From: Burkholderiales bacterium | GTDB taxonomy: Bacteria > Pseudomonadota > Gammaproteobacteria > Burkholderiales > JAHFRG01 | Direction of reading: 5' to 3' | DNA: 64,000 nt | Assembly (NCBI GenBank): GCA_035518095.1 | Contig: DATIXX010000020.1 | Span: forward strand, 697-64,696 | Shown here: positions 29,061 through 39,641 of the stretch, piece after piece | Layout: every line of letters begins with the position of its first letter | How positions within the stretch are numbered: the stretch's first letter is position 1 | Position numbers and translations under genes: made by a program | Notes under the pieces: model-generated | The model's input: the letters and a program-made list of their open reading frames with translations, nothing else | The model's database searches: none | What the model was told of the DNA's origin: nothing

Positions 29061-29963
29061 ATGGAAAAACCTTTTTTGCTGCACATGATAACGCCGAGTC
29101 CAAATGTCAGCCCATTCGACGTGAACATGGCATACGACGCCGGTTACAACGCGGTTGCGGCCTATACCAATATCACCCTCGACCAAGTTGCGGCGCTTAC
29201 ACAGGATGCGATATTTTCACGTGGACCAAGCGGCGTTAAACGCACCGGAATTTTCATCGGCGGACGCGAAATTGGCATGGCCGCGGACATGTTGGATGCG
29301 ACAAAACTCGCGATGGTGCCGCCATTCGAAGTATCAGTTTTCGCGGATCCTTCCGGAGCGTTCACTACCGCGGCGGCTATGGTTGCGGCGGTGGAACGGC
29401 AATTGAAACGGGTGCATCACTGCGATTTGAAAGGACTCGAAGTACTGGTGCTGGGCGGCACCGGGCCGGTGGGCACTGCTGCTGCAGTGTTGGCTTCGGG
29501 GGCGGGAGCCAAAGTCAAAATTGCAAGCCACAGCAGCGGTACCCGAGCACGCATGTCCGCGCAAGTTGCCAATGCCCGTTACGGGGCAAGCACCGAACCG
29601 GTAGACGCTAGTTCAGAAGAAAACAAAACAGCGGCTATAACGAACATGGACGTGTTGATGGCCACGGCAAAAGCCGGTGTGCAGGTGTTGAGCCAGCAGC
29701 TACTGAAACAGGCACGGCGCTTGCTGGTGGCTGCAGATATCAATGCCGTGCCGCCTGCCGGCATCGAGGGCGTGGGGCTGATGGACGATGGCGTGCCTTT
29801 TGCGGCTGGGTCCGGCAAAGCGGTAGGAATCGGCGCGCTGGCGATCGGTAACATCAAATACCAGGTGCAGCGGGGTCTCTTCGAAGCAATGTTGCGGGCA
29901 GAAGCACCGCTTTACCTAGATTTCCGCGAGGCGTTTGCATTGGCGCGCAAATATGTCAGTTGA
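29061..29963 (+). CDS. mtdB: NAD(P)-dependent methylene-tetrahydromethanopterin dehydrogenase (MtdA/B/C family)
   Basis: The ATG at 29061 gives MEKPFLLHMITPSPNVSPFDVNMAYDAGY and VLVLGGTGPVGTAAA, characteristic of the Mtd family. Confidence 0.85.
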   Translation: MEKPFLLHMITPSPNVSPFDVNMAYDAGYNAVAAYTNITLDQVAALTQDAIFSRGPSGVKRTGIFIGGREIGMAADMLDATKLAMVPPFEVSVFADPSGAFTTAAAMVAAVERQLKRVHHCDLKGLEVLVLGGTGPVGTAAAVLASGAGAKVKIASHSSGTRARMSAQVANARYGASTEPVDASSEENKTAAITNMDVLMATAKAGVQVLSQQLLKQARRLLVAADINAVPPAGIEGVGLMDDGVPFAAGSGKAVGIGALAIGNIKYQVQRGLFEAMLRAEAPLYLDFREAFALARKYVS

Positions 29964-31074
29964 AGACAAGCTTTTCCTTGTCGCCGCTCTTACCGGCAGA
30001 ACATTGGCGCAGTCCGCCAACCGCGGCGGCATTCCGGTAGTGGTGCTCGATTTATATAACGACTCGGATACCCACCGCTTTGCACAGCACAGCCGGGCGG
30101 TGGCGCAGCATGATCATGGTTTCGACGCGGCGTCACTGCTGAAAGCGGCGGACGAGCTGTGCCCGCCCCAGCGCTGCTCCGGCCTGGTATACGGTTCAGG
30201 TTTCGAGGACCAGCCGCAACTGCTCAATCAGCTCGCTACGGGCAGAGCGCTATTCGGCAATAATCCTGAGACAGTGACGCGCATAAAGGATCCGCGGCTT
30301 TTTTTTACGTTGCTCGATGGGCTTGAAATGGCGCACCCGGAAGTGCGCTTTGCACCGCCACGGCCAGCTTGCGGCTGGCTTGCAAAAAAAATTGGCGGCT
30401 ACGGTGGAATTCACGTATTGCCCGCGGCGGGCAGACAACCGGATGGAATGCATTACTACCAGAAGCTCGAGTCGGGGCGCTGCATGTCGGTAACTTTTCT
30501 CGCCGACGGTAGGAAGTCGCACATTATTGGTTTTAACGAACAGTGGACTACAAGTGCAGGATCGCCCTTTAGTTATGCTGGCGCGATTAGCCACGCGAAA
30601 CTCGATTCCGCTTTACAGGCGGAAATCGCGCAGAAGCTGAATCGGCTGGTGCAGGCAACCAGCCTCGTGGGATTGAACGGTATGGATTTTCTGCTGCGGG
30701 GCAATGAATACCGGGTGTTGGAAGTCAACCCGCGGCCTTGTGCAACCGTGGATCTTTACGATGTAGATTGCGCGGAGTCCCTTTTTTCCTGGCACCTGCG
30801 CGCATGCCGGGGCGAATTGCCTGACCTGCAGTTGGTTATACAAAAAATTACAAGAGGGCACGCAATGGTTTATGCCGAGAGGTCTCTGCGCATTTCTTTG
30901 AATACCCGATTTCCAGAATGGGTCAGTGACATTCCTGGAGCAGGAAGGGAGTACCCGCCGGGCTCGCCGCTATGCATGGTGCATGCGCAAGGCGGGTCGA
31001 CGCAGCAAGTCAAGCGGTTGCTGATGCAACGGCAAAAGATGATCGCACGGATGATTACGGAGGAAGCGGCGTGA
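29953..31074 (+). CDS. ATP-grasp protein of H4MPT islands (Orf5-type, function unknown)
   Basis: The C-terminal half has ATP-grasp features ([19 protein letters not shown]). It overlaps the mtdB stop by 11 nt. Confidence 0.7.
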   Translation: MSVEDKLFLVAALTGRTLAQSANRGGIPVVVLDLYNDSDTHRFAQHSRAVAQHDHGFDAASLLKAADELCPPQRCSGLVYGSGFEDQPQLLNQLATGRALFGNNPETVTRIKDPRLFFTLLDGLEMAHPEVRFAPPRPACGWLAKKIGGYGGIHVLPAAGRQPDGMHYYQKLESGRCMSVTFLADGRKSHIIGFNEQWTTSAGSPFSYAGAISHAKLDSALQAEIAQKLNRLVQATSLVGLNGMDFLLRGNEYRVLEVNPRPCATVDLYDVDCAESLFSWHLRACRGELPDLQLVIQKITRGHAMVYAERSLRISLNTRFPEWVSDIPGAGREYPPGSPLCMVHAQGGSTQQVKRLLMQRQKMIARMITEEAA

Positions 31075-32093
31075 GTGCTCAGAATCGCGATATTGCGGCC
31101 AACTCTGCGCTAAACGCGCAGTCCGCACATTGGCCCAGCGTTAATAATCAGGCTGCGCCTTTAGTGGCGGAGCTGTTGCGTGAGCATCAGGCGCTGCGTC
31201 TAGGAGTTACCCATGGGCCGCAGGGGCATACCGTCGTGGACGCCGGAATTACTTTCGACGGCGGGTTGGAAGCGGGTCGCCGCATCGCTGAAATCTGCAT
31301 GGGAGGACTCGGCACTGTGAGCCTTTGCGTAAATGCGGCCCGCTGGCCGCTGCAGGTAACCGTGCATTCCAAGAACCCAGTTTTGGCATGTCTGGGCAGC
31401 CAATATGCCGGGTGGAGCCTTTCACACGGGAGCGGTAAAGGCGCATTTCACGCATTAGGGTCAGGGCCGGGACGCGCTCTTGCCGGCAAGGAAGACCTGT
31501 TTGCTGAGCTTGGCTACCGCGACAAGGCCGACCGCACCTGCCTAGTGCTTGAAGTCGACAAGCCTCCACCTCAAGAAGTGGTGGAAAAAGTACTGCGTGA
31601 TTGTAGGGTCGAGGCGGATAAGCTGACGTTTATCCTGACGCCGACGCGCAGTCTGGCGGGCGTTGTCCAGATCGTGGCGCGCGTTTTGGAGGTGGCTTTG
31701 CACAAGGTCCATGCGCTAGGGTTTCCACTGCAGCATGTCGTCGACGGAGCAGGAAGCGCGCCGCTACCGCCGCCTTGCAAAGATTTCATCGAAGCCATGG
31801 GGCGCACTAACGACGCCATCTTGTTCGGTGGAGAAGTGCAGCTTTTCGTGAATTGCAGTGACAGCGATGCTGCTGATCTTGCGCACAAGCTCCCATGCTC
31901 GGCCTCACGCGACTATGGCAAGCGCTTTGCGGATATTTTCAGGCATTACGAATATGATTTTTACAAGATCGACCCAATGCTATTCGCACCAGCGCAAGTC
32001 GTCGTAAGCTGTCTCGAGAGCGGTAAGAGCTTCCGTGCCGGCAAGCTCAATGCGGATTTACTGGATGTTTCATTTGGGGGAATCAATGGTTAA
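31071..32093 (+). CDS. mch: Methenyl-tetrahydromethanopterin cyclohydrolase
   Basis: The GTG at 31071 overlaps the upstream stop (GTGA). The length (~340 aa), [10 protein letters not shown] and [10 protein letters not shown] are Mch-like. Confidence 0.9.
   Translation: MSAQNRDIAANSALNAQSAHWPSVNNQAAPLVAELLREHQALRLGVTHGPQGHTVVDAGITFDGGLEAGRRIAEICMGGLGTVSLCVNAARWPLQVTVHSKNPVLACLGSQYAGWSLSHGSGKGAFHALGSGPGRALAGKEDLFAELGYRDKADRTCLVLEVDKPPPQEVVEKVLRDCRVEADKLTFILTPTRSLAGVVQIVARVLEVALHKVHALGFPLQHVVDGAGSAPLPPPCKDFIEAMGRTNDAILFGGEVQLFVNCSDSDAADLAHKLPCSASRDYGKRFADIFRHYEYDFYKIDPMLFAPAQVVVSCLESGKSFRAGKLNADLLDVSFGGING
31916..31930 (+). promoter_or_regulatory. Sigma-54-like -24/-12 match inside mch (possible internal promoter, or chance)
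   Basis: TGGCAA-gcgct-TTGC(g), about 155 nt upstream of the mptN start. Confidence 0.25.
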
Positions 32094-33000
32094 GCGGATC
32101 GCCATCATCACGGATGATCCGGGCTGGCATGGCCGGCAATTACGTCAAGCATTCGCTGCACGCGGCTGCGAAAGTCAGTTTGTTTCCCTGCAGAATTGCC
32201 ATTTCGATTTAGCGCGTGCGCGCAACAGTGTAGTGATCCCGGGATTTAAAAATTGCCTGCCGGACGCCGTTTTCGTGCGTGGCGTACCCGGGGGCACGCT
32301 GGAGCAAGTTATTTTACGCCTCGACGTGCTGCACGCGCTGCGTGAACTCGGCGTGCCGGTCTACAATGATGCACGCGCTATCGAGCGCAGCGTCGATAAA
32401 GCAATGACAAGTTTTTTGTTGAAGCGTGCCGGCATTCCCACTCCGGCAACCTGGGTGTGCGAGTCCGCGGCCCGAGCGCGCGCCGTATTATTGCGCGAAA
32501 CTGCAGCGGGGCGCGAGCTGGTATTGAAACCGTTGTTCGGTTCGCAGGGATTTGGCCTGCAGCGCTTGAAGAGCGGTATGGATGTCCCCGATCTCGTCAA
32601 CTATTCGGGGACGGCTTATCTGCAACGGTTTATAGCGTGCGCCGAGGGCCGCTGGCATGACTTCCGGGTGCTGGTGGTGGGCGGCAGCGCGCGAGCGGCG
32701 ATGGTGCGGCGGGGCACCAGCTGGCTCAATAACGTGGCGCAAGGGGCTAAATGCGAAAAAGCACCGCCGGATGAGATCTTGCAAAGGCTGGCACAGGATG
32801 CGGCGTGCGCCGTGGGTATGGATTATGCCGGTGTGGATCTTATGCGTGACGTGGACGGCGAGCCTTATGTCATTGAAGTCAACGGCATTCCGGCTTGGCG
32901 CGGCTTGCAGGGGGTATGCCGAGACAACCTGGCACAATATTTGGTGGATGATCTGCTGGCTCGCAAACTGCCGCAAGCGGGTGTGAAGATGGTATGCTAA
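32086..33000 (+). CDS. mptN: RimK-family ATP-grasp ligase (MptN-like H4MPT:glutamate ligase)
   Basis: [27 protein letters not shown] and [11 protein letters not shown] are present. The ATG at 32086 overlaps the mch stop. Confidence 0.75.
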   Translation: MVKRIAIITDDPGWHGRQLRQAFAARGCESQFVSLQNCHFDLARARNSVVIPGFKNCLPDAVFVRGVPGGTLEQVILRLDVLHALRELGVPVYNDARAIERSVDKAMTSFLLKRAGIPTPATWVCESAARARAVLLRETAAGRELVLKPLFGSQGFGLQRLKSGMDVPDLVNYSGTAYLQRFIACAEGRWHDFRVLVVGGSARAAMVRRGTSWLNNVAQGAKCEKAPPDEILQRLAQDAACAVGMDYAGVDLMRDVDGEPYVIEVNGIPAWRGLQGVCRDNLAQYLVDDLLARKLPQAGVKMVC

Positions 33001-33920
33001 ATACAATCTCGCGTGAGCAGCTGGCGCAGGCATTGAAGGGCGCATGCCTTGCGGAAATCCGCGCGCCGAAGCCCGGCAATGTAAGCATATACAGCGCCGG
33101 CCACCATATGACCGCGCTGCAGTTTGCCGCGAGCGCTGATGCCATCTTGGCGCCGTTAACTGATTCCTGCGCCAGCGTGGGCGAGCGCATTCTACGTTCG
33201 GTTCAAGAGACGCAAAAGGCGGTGGGCTGCAACACCAATCTTGGAATCGTGCTTCTCGCCGCACCGCTAGTGTGCGCGGTTCAGCAGCACGACGCTCGCG
33301 AATTGCGACCCGCTTTGCGCGGGGTACTGGCGCAGCTTACGCAGCGCGATGCGGAGCTCGCCTATGAAGCGATTCGCCTCGCGAATCCGGCCGGGCTTGG
33401 GACTAGCCCGCGCCATGATGTGAGCGAGACACCGCAGGTGACACTGCTTGCGGCTATGCAGGAGGCGCAAGGTCGGGACAGCATCGCGCGCCAATACGCG
33501 AACGCATTTGCAGACGTTTTCGACGTGGGTGTGCCAAATGCGCGTCAAGCATTTGCCCGTTTCGCGAGTGACGAATGGGCAGTGCTCGCGGCTTATCTGG
33601 CATTACTTGCACGCTTTCCCGACAGCCACGTGGCGCGCAAGTTCGGCATTGAGTTGGCACGCGAGGTCAGTTCCCGCGCCGCGATTCTGGAAAGTGCCTG
33701 GCAGGCCAGCGAATCGCCGCATGCGATGATGCCGCAATTGCTGGGTTTGGATGCAGAGCTCAAACGCGATCAAATTAATCCGGGTACAACCGCTGATTTG
33801 AGCGTCGCCAGCCTGCTTGCCCTGCGATTGCAGGATTTGTTGGTCGGAAGCTTTACCGGCGGCGAGGCGAATCACCCCTCGCACCGTAGTAAAACGAACC
33901 CTCAGCATGTCGGCGCTTAG
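32994..33920 (+). CDS. Triphosphoribosyl-dephospho-CoA synthase (CitG/MdcB)-like protein, Orf7-type
   Basis: APKPGNVS, TNLGIVLL and INPGTTADL motifs are CitG-like. It overlaps the mptN stop. Confidence 0.75.
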   Translation: MLNTISREQLAQALKGACLAEIRAPKPGNVSIYSAGHHMTALQFAASADAILAPLTDSCASVGERILRSVQETQKAVGCNTNLGIVLLAAPLVCAVQQHDARELRPALRGVLAQLTQRDAELAYEAIRLANPAGLGTSPRHDVSETPQVTLLAAMQEAQGRDSIARQYANAFADVFDVGVPNARQAFARFASDEWAVLAAYLALLARFPDSHVARKFGIELAREVSSRAAILESAWQASESPHAMMPQLLGLDAELKRDQINPGTTADLSVASLLALRLQDLLVGSFTGGEANHPSHRSKTNPQHVGA

Positions 33921-33990
33921 GAGGGCGGCCGCCGCCGGGGATTCGGAGTTATGTTTCACTGTTTAAACAGCCAAACTAAGGAGAGGCAAA

Positions 33991-34500
33991 ATGGCGAAAA
34001 TTGATCGTGTACTCGTTGGAGAATCGCTGGTTGGCGAGGGCAATGAAGTGGCTCACGTAGACCTGATTATGGGACCGCGTGGCAGCTCAGTAGAACGTGC
34101 GTTCTGCAATGCGCTGACCAACAACAAGGACGGCTTTAGTACCTTGCTTGCGGTAGTAGCGCCCAACCTGCTAACCAAACCCAACACCATTCTATTTAAC
34201 AAGGTGACCATCAAGGGTGCCAAGCAAGCGGTCCAGATGTTTGGGCCTGCGCAGCGCGCCGTGGCGATGGCCGTTGCGGATTGCGTGCAGGATGGAACGA
34301 TTCCGTCAAATGAGGCTGACGACACTTTTATCTGTGTCGGCGTGTTCATCCACTGGTTAGCCGAGAACGACACCAAGATCTACGATTACAATTACCAGGC
34401 TACCAAGGAGGCGATTAAGCGAGCAGTGGCGGGCCAACCCAGGGCCTCTGAAGTGGTGAGCAAGAAGGGCACCGTAGCACATCCGTTCTCCCCGAAATAA
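33991..34500 (+). CDS. fae: Formaldehyde-activating enzyme
   Basis: 169 aa; [24 protein letters not shown] is diagnostic of Fae. A strong SD (AAGGAGAGG) lies upstream. Confidence 0.95.
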   Translation: MAKIDRVLVGESLVGEGNEVAHVDLIMGPRGSSVERAFCNALTNNKDGFSTLLAVVAPNLLTKPNTILFNKVTIKGAKQAVQMFGPAQRAVAMAVADCVQDGTIPSNEADDTFICVGVFIHWLAENDTKIYDYNYQATKEAIKRAVAGQPRASEVVSKKGTVAHPFSPK

Positions 34501-34538
34501 TCCGGATGCGCAGGTGGGCGATGGGCAGCCGATGCTGC

Positions 34539-35270
34539 TCATTGCGCGCTCCTGGAATCCGCGCCCGCGGTCAATGCAGCCAGATCGCTGGCGCTGATGC
34601 GGCGCTGGTGCAGCGCGCTCGCAAGCAGAGCGCCGTCTGCGCCTGCGCGCGCTAAGCGCGTGAGGTCGTGCGCGCTACGCACTCCACCGGCGGCGTAAAT
34701 TTTTTTTTGCGGTGCGAGCCGCCTGATCGCGGTGAACTGATTTAGATCCGGTCCGCGGAGGCGTCCGACACGTGCGAGCGTCATGACAATAACATGCTCC
34801 GGCCAAAGCTCTGGGTGGTCGAGCAAGTGCTGTTCGCCATTAAAATGGTTGTCTTTAAAATCCAGCGATAGCAGGGGGTAAATGGCGTTGGTACCGCTGC
34901 GAATAGTGGAAAGCAGCGCTGCTTCAGGAATCGATTCACTGCCGATTACTGCGTGCCCGATTCCGCGTTCCTGCCATCCCGTAAAGGCTGCAGCGTCCGC
35001 TATTCCGGAGTCCACCCAAAGCTCAAGCTGCGGAAAACGCTTATGGAGATTTTCGATTACCTCAACGTTGCCGCCGTTCTTTTGGATCGCATCAATGTCG
35101 GCAATATAAAGCACGCGAAACGGACACAGTTCGAGTAGCGCGCAGGTAATGTCGAGCGCGCTGCTGCCGGCGCATAATCCGGATTCAATGGGACGATATT
35201 GATGGCGCTCACCTCCAAGCGCGTGTACCACTCGGCCCTGCATCAGATCCAGAACTGGAATAATTTTCAT
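34539..35270 (-). CDS. HisA/HisF-fold protein of H4MPT islands (Orf19-type, function unknown)
   Basis: MKIIPVLDLMQGRVVHA, IADIDAI and YAAGGVRS are HisA/HisF-like barrel motifs. Confidence 0.7.
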   Translation of the reverse strand: MKIIPVLDLMQGRVVHALGGERHQYRPIESGLCAGSSALDITCALLELCPFRVLYIADIDAIQKNGGNVEVIENLHKRFPQLELWVDSGIADAAAFTGWQERGIGHAVIGSESIPEAALLSTIRSGTNAIYPLLSLDFKDNHFNGEQHLLDHPELWPEHVIVMTLARVGRLRGPDLNQFTAIRRLAPQKKIYAAGGVRSAHDLTRLARAGADGALLASALHQRRISASDLAALTAGADSRSAQ

Positions 35271-35387
35271 CGCCTGATTAACCTTGCAGACGACGAAGCA
35301 AAGAGATGCATATGATTAATATTGAGTCCGGTTCCAAAAGATTTTGCGCGCGCCCCCGCGCTTCTGCGGGCGGATAATTCGTTTCAA

Positions 35388-36386
35388 ATGCGCATCTTCG
35401 TATACGAGCATATTACCGGCGGCGGGCTGCTTGACCAAGCGCTGCCGGTTTCGCTTGCACACGAAGGCGATATCATGCTTAACGCGTTATTGCGCGATCT
35501 CGTCGATATACCCGGAATGGAAATAATCACCATGCGCGATCCACGCCTTTCCGCATTGGATTTCCGGATCACTGCGCACACTCCACGAACAGCCGAGCAA
35601 ACGGCACGGATTATGGAGCGGTGCATCGATATTGCAGATGCCGTATGGCCAATCGCGCCGGAGAGCGGAGGGGTGCTTGAGCGCATCCATCGAAGCGTGC
35701 TTAACCGGGGACGCAGGTTATTGGGCAGCCATCCGGACGCGGTGCACCTTGCCGCGAGCAAGCGCGCGACTTCATGCCATCTTGAGAGCGCAGGAATCGC
35801 GGCGGTGCCGACTTACTCGCCGGCGCAAGCCGTATTGCACGACGCAGTAGGACAGTGGGTTGTGAAACCCGATGACGGCGCAGGCTGCGGGGACACGTTC
35901 TTGTTCCAGAATCTCGTGACGGCGCAGGAATGGCTTAAAGCGAGACCGGACAATTACGTATTGCAACCGTTTATTCCCGGAAGCGCACTGAGCCTTTGCG
36001 CACTGTGCCGCGCAGGCGAGGCTCTTCTTTTAAGCTGCAATCATCAGCGCATTGCCGTACGCAACGGTCGATTCCATTTTCTCGGCAGCGTGGTCAATGC
36101 CTTGATTGACGTAGACGGCGCATTTGCAGCTTTGGCAGACCGCGTTGCGGCGGCGATTCCTGGGTTGTGGGGCTACGTCGGCATAGATCTTGTGCAATGC
36201 GGTTCCCGGCACGTAGTGATGGAAGTGAACCCGCGGCTCACTACGTCCTACGCAGGTTTGCGGCAGGCGCTGGGCCGCAATCCTGCGGCGCTGGTGATGA
36301 ATCTTATGGACGATGCCAAACCTTTTCGCGTGCCGAAATTCGCGCGGCGGCGAATTGAGATCGATGTCGAGGGTATGTATGCATGA
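35388..36386 (+). CDS. ATP-grasp ligase, MfnD-like (tyramine-glutamate ligase type; Orf9)
   Basis: MRIFVYEHITGGG, VVKPDDGAGC and GIDLV..VMEVNPRLTTSY are present. The ATG at 35388 is preferred over the track start. Confidence 0.7.
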   Translation: MRIFVYEHITGGGLLDQALPVSLAHEGDIMLNALLRDLVDIPGMEIITMRDPRLSALDFRITAHTPRTAEQTARIMERCIDIADAVWPIAPESGGVLERIHRSVLNRGRRLLGSHPDAVHLAASKRATSCHLESAGIAAVPTYSPAQAVLHDAVGQWVVKPDDGAGCGDTFLFQNLVTAQEWLKARPDNYVLQPFIPGSALSLCALCRAGEALLLSCNHQRIAVRNGRFHFLGSVVNALIDVDGAFAALADRVAAAIPGLWGYVGIDLVQCGSRHVVMEVNPRLTTSYAGLRQALGRNPAALVMNLMDDAKPFRVPKFARRRIEIDVEGMYA

Positions 36387-37425
36387 TTGCACAGTCGGAT
36401 GGGATCTAGGGGGTGCGCATCTCAAAGTCGCGCTGGTGGACAGCGGCGGACGCGTATGCAACGCCATGCAGCTGCCTTGTCCGCTCTGGCAAGGCTTGCA
36501 GCACTTGGATAGTGCCGTGGCTCAGGCGCTGAAAAACTTTGGTCGCGCCGGGGCGCTGCACGCGCTCACTATGACTGGAGAACTTGCGGATATTTTTCCC
36601 AATCGCGTTGCAGGCGTGACCACGCTGGTGGAGGCGATGCACGCCAAGTTGCCGCATGCGAACCTGATGGTGTTTGCCGGACGCAGCGGTTTTGTCGGCG
36701 TAGCTCAAGCCAAGAATTACGCCGGCGACGTGGCTTCGGCGAACTGGTTTGCGACCGCCGAACTGGTGGCCAAGCACGTAAGGCACGGGTTATTGATTGA
36801 CATCGGCAGCACCACCACCGATCTGGTTTTGCTGAATTCCGGCGCAGTGCACGCCCGGGGATGGAACGACCAGCAGCGCATGGTGTTTGATGAGCTCATT
36901 TACACGGGAGTGGTGCGTACGCCGGTGATGGCGATCGCGTCCTGCGCGCCGTTCGCGGGAGAATGGCAGGGGTTAATGGCCGAGCAGTTTGCAACTATGG
37001 CGGATATTTACCGGCTGACCGGAGATCTGCCGGACGGGGCGGATCAGTTGCCGGCTGCCGATGGGGGCGGCAAATCCATGCAGGACAGCGCTCGCCGCCT
37101 GGCGCGCATGCTGGGCAGGGACCTCGAGTCTTCGCCTATATCAAGCTGGCAGCGCGTCGCCGGTTATATCGCTGACCTTCAACAAAATCGTTTGCACCAG
37201 GCTTGCTCAAGATTGTTTTCGCTGGGGATAGCGGGCGATGAGGCGCCGCTTATCGGAACAGGTTTCGGCCGCTTCTTGGTGAAAAGGCTTGCTTCCCGCT
37301 TTGCGCGGCCTTATTTGGATTTTTCCGGGCTGGTGGCATCGTCGCTCAACGATCGCTTGTGGATTGATGCGTGCGCGTCTGCGGTTGCAGTCGCTGCGCT
37401 GGCGCAAAGCAGAGTCCAGGAATAA
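36379..37425 (+). CDS. ASKHA/hydantoinase-fold 'H4MPT-linked C1 transfer pathway protein', MfnF-like (Orf20)
   Basis: GWDLGGAHLKVA and LIDIGSTTTDLV are phosphate-binding motifs. The ATG at 36379 overlaps the upstream stop. Confidence 0.65.
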   Translation: MHDCTVGWDLGGAHLKVALVDSGGRVCNAMQLPCPLWQGLQHLDSAVAQALKNFGRAGALHALTMTGELADIFPNRVAGVTTLVEAMHAKLPHANLMVFAGRSGFVGVAQAKNYAGDVASANWFATAELVAKHVRHGLLIDIGSTTTDLVLLNSGAVHARGWNDQQRMVFDELIYTGVVRTPVMAIASCAPFAGEWQGLMAEQFATMADIYRLTGDLPDGADQLPAADGGGKSMQDSARRLARMLGRDLESSPISSWQRVAGYIADLQQNRLHQACSRLFSLGIAGDEAPLIGTGFGRFLVKRLASRFARPYLDFSGLVASSLNDRLWIDACASAVAVAALAQSRVQE

Positions 37426-37434
37426 AATCCTAGC

Positions 37435-38820
37435 ATGCCACGGCTGACTGAATTGCCCTATCATGAGGACAGCGCGCGGCTGTTTGAAGCGATCGCTGAC
37501 CAGCCTTGGGCGGCGTTCCTGGACAGCGGCACGCGTTTTGGCTCGCAGGCACGCTACGATATTTTAGTGGCGGAGCCATATGCCACCCTGGTTACCCGCG
37601 GCAAGGTCACCGAAATACGCCGCCATGGCGTAAGCGAGCTTTCCCCCGAAGACCCATTCGCCCTGCTAAGGCGCTACTTGGGACCCATGGAGGAAAGCCA
37701 TTGCGCCTTGCCTTTCACCGGCGGAGCGCTTGGATATTTCGGATACGATCTGGCGCGCCGACTGGAGACGCTGCCGGCGCTTGCCGACGACGCGGATAGA
37801 CTGCCGGAAATGGCTGTCGGCATTTATGACTGGGCGCTGGTGGTGGATCATCACTCGCGCCGCAGCTACCTGGCAAGCGGGGAACGCGAGCCGGAAACGC
37901 GCGAAAAATGGAATGAATTGGTGGCTTGTTTCAGTCAACCCGCGCAAGAGCGATTTCGGGCACCGTTTCGCATAACCAGCAAAATCGCCTCCAACCTGAC
38001 CCCGGAGCATTATGCGCGCGCATTTAAGCGTGTTCACGACTACATCCGCGCTGGCGATTGTTACCAAGTGAATCTCGCGCAAAGGTTTTCCGCAACTGCG
38101 GTGGGCGACCCGTGGTTGGCTTATCAGGCGCTGCGCATCCTCAATCCGGCACCGTTTTCCGCTTACCTCAACACCCCATATGCGCAGATCCTGAGCACTT
38201 CGCCTGAGCGTTTTCTCAAACTCAGGGATCGCCAGGTTGAGACCAAGCCGATCAAGGGCACTCGACCGCGCGCGGGCCACCCGCGTCTGGACGCGGCGCT
38301 TGCCGAGGCGCTGCGCGAAAGCGAAAAAGATCGCGCGGAAAACCTGATGATTGTCGATTTGCTAAGAAACGACCTTGGTAAATCATGCGAGATCGGCTCA
38401 GTGAAAGTGCCGAAGCTGTTTGAGGTCGAGGGCTTCGCAACGGTCCACCATCTAGTGAGTACTGTAACCGGCAAGCTTGCTCGCGACAAAAGCGCGCTGG
38501 ATTTATTGCGCGGCTGCTTTCCTGGCGGCTCGATTACCGGCGCACCCAAACTGCGCGCGATGCAGATTATTGAAGAACTCGAGCCGCACCGGCGCGGTGT
38601 GTATTGCGGTGCCATTGGCTATGTCGGTTACGATGGCGGCATGGACAGCAGCATCGTCATCCGGACCCTGGTGTATTCCGCCGGCACGATACGCTTCTGG
38701 GCTGGCGGCGGAATTGTCGTTGATTCGCGCATGGAAGACGAATACCAGGAGACTTACGACAAAGCAGCAGCCATGATGAGGTTGCTCGAGCACAATTTAA
38801 TGGCCGATGTGGGTCGTTAA
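37435..38820 (+). CDS. pabB: Aminodeoxychorismate synthase component I
   Basis: Chorismate-binding motifs are present: SPERFL, IKGTRPR, ENLMIVDLLRND, GGSITGAPK, RGVYCGAIGY. Confidence 0.85.
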   Translation: MPRLTELPYHEDSARLFEAIADQPWAAFLDSGTRFGSQARYDILVAEPYATLVTRGKVTEIRRHGVSELSPEDPFALLRRYLGPMEESHCALPFTGGALGYFGYDLARRLETLPALADDADRLPEMAVGIYDWALVVDHHSRRSYLASGEREPETREKWNELVACFSQPAQERFRAPFRITSKIASNLTPEHYARAFKRVHDYIRAGDCYQVNLAQRFSATAVGDPWLAYQALRILNPAPFSAYLNTPYAQILSTSPERFLKLRDRQVETKPIKGTRPRAGHPRLDAALAEALRESEKDRAENLMIVDLLRNDLGKSCEIGSVKVPKLFEVEGFATVHHLVSTVTGKLARDKSALDLLRGCFPGGSITGAPKLRAMQIIEELEPHRRGVYCGAIGYVGYDGGMDSSIVIRTLVYSAGTIRFWAGGGIVVDSRMEDEYQETYDKAAAMMRLLEHNLMADVGR

Positions 38821-39418
38821 GCTTGGCGGCAGTCTGGCCAATTATCCTGAAGATTTGAAGCGCTGGCTCGAAATGCTCGCTGAAATGGGCCGGGGCCGCG
38901 TGGTGATTGTCCCAGGAGGCAGCTTTTTCGCCGATTGGGTGCGCGAAGCTCAGAAAAAATGGGGCTTCGACGATACCGCGGCCCACGCCATGGGGCTGAG
39001 GGCCATGGAGCAGTACGGCCTCATGCTTTGCGGTTTGCAAAAAGGTTTCGGTCTTGCCCGCACCGAAACCGAAATTCGCGACCTATTGCGTGACAACCAA
39101 GTGCCGGTCTGGCTGCCTGTACAAACCCTCGCTTCCGAAGACGTGGCTCCAAGCTGGGACGTGACCTCGGACAGCCTTGCCGCTTGGCTGGCGCGCCGCC
39201 TCAAAGCCGAACGCTTGGTGCTGGTCAAATCCTGTTCATTGCATAAGGGGGAAGCAGACATCGCGGAAATTTCAGCACAAGGCATTGTGGATGCCGCTTT
39301 CCCGGGTTTTGTTGATGTCGCGGCTTTCGATGTGCAACTGGTCGGCCGAGAGGATTACGCCTGGGTCTGTTCGCTTTTGGCAACTGCCGGAGCAGGAATC
39401 GGCGGTTCGCGTCAGTAA
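38807..39418 (+). CDS. Amino-acid-kinase-fold protein, MfnE-like (Orf21)
   Basis: VVKLGGSL and VIVPGGSFFAD are present. The gene overlaps pabB by 14 nt. Confidence 0.65.
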   Translation: MWVVKLGGSLANYPEDLKRWLEMLAEMGRGRVVIVPGGSFFADWVREAQKKWGFDDTAAHAMGLRAMEQYGLMLCGLQKGFGLARTETEIRDLLRDNQVPVWLPVQTLASEDVAPSWDVTSDSLAAWLARRLKAERLVLVKSCSLHKGEADIAEISAQGIVDAAFPGFVDVAAFDVQLVGREDYAWVCSLLATAGAGIGGSRQ

Positions 39419-39641
39419 CCTAATAAATCTGTATTAGCGAATGCGCAGTTGCGCGGGCAAATTGAGGCCGGCAAAAATAAACCTTCAAATAATTTCTGCA
39501 GGAGGAGGAGCCATGCGCGCGCTAATTCACATCAATTACTTGGCTGTATTCGTACCCAAGACTTGGCCCGCCTTTCCCATATGACACTCTGACAGGCGCG
39601 CCGGGTGGTCGAAAATATGAATTTTCATTGAAGCGCTCTGG

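Noticed and set aside
39513-39584. Whether the 23-aa micro-ORF could be a PqqA precursor peptide, given the PQQ-dependent XoxF nearby.
   Set aside because: The peptide lacks the conserved Glu-X3-Tyr pair of PqqA, and no pqqBCDE genes are adjacent. I kept it only as an unexplained micro-ORF.
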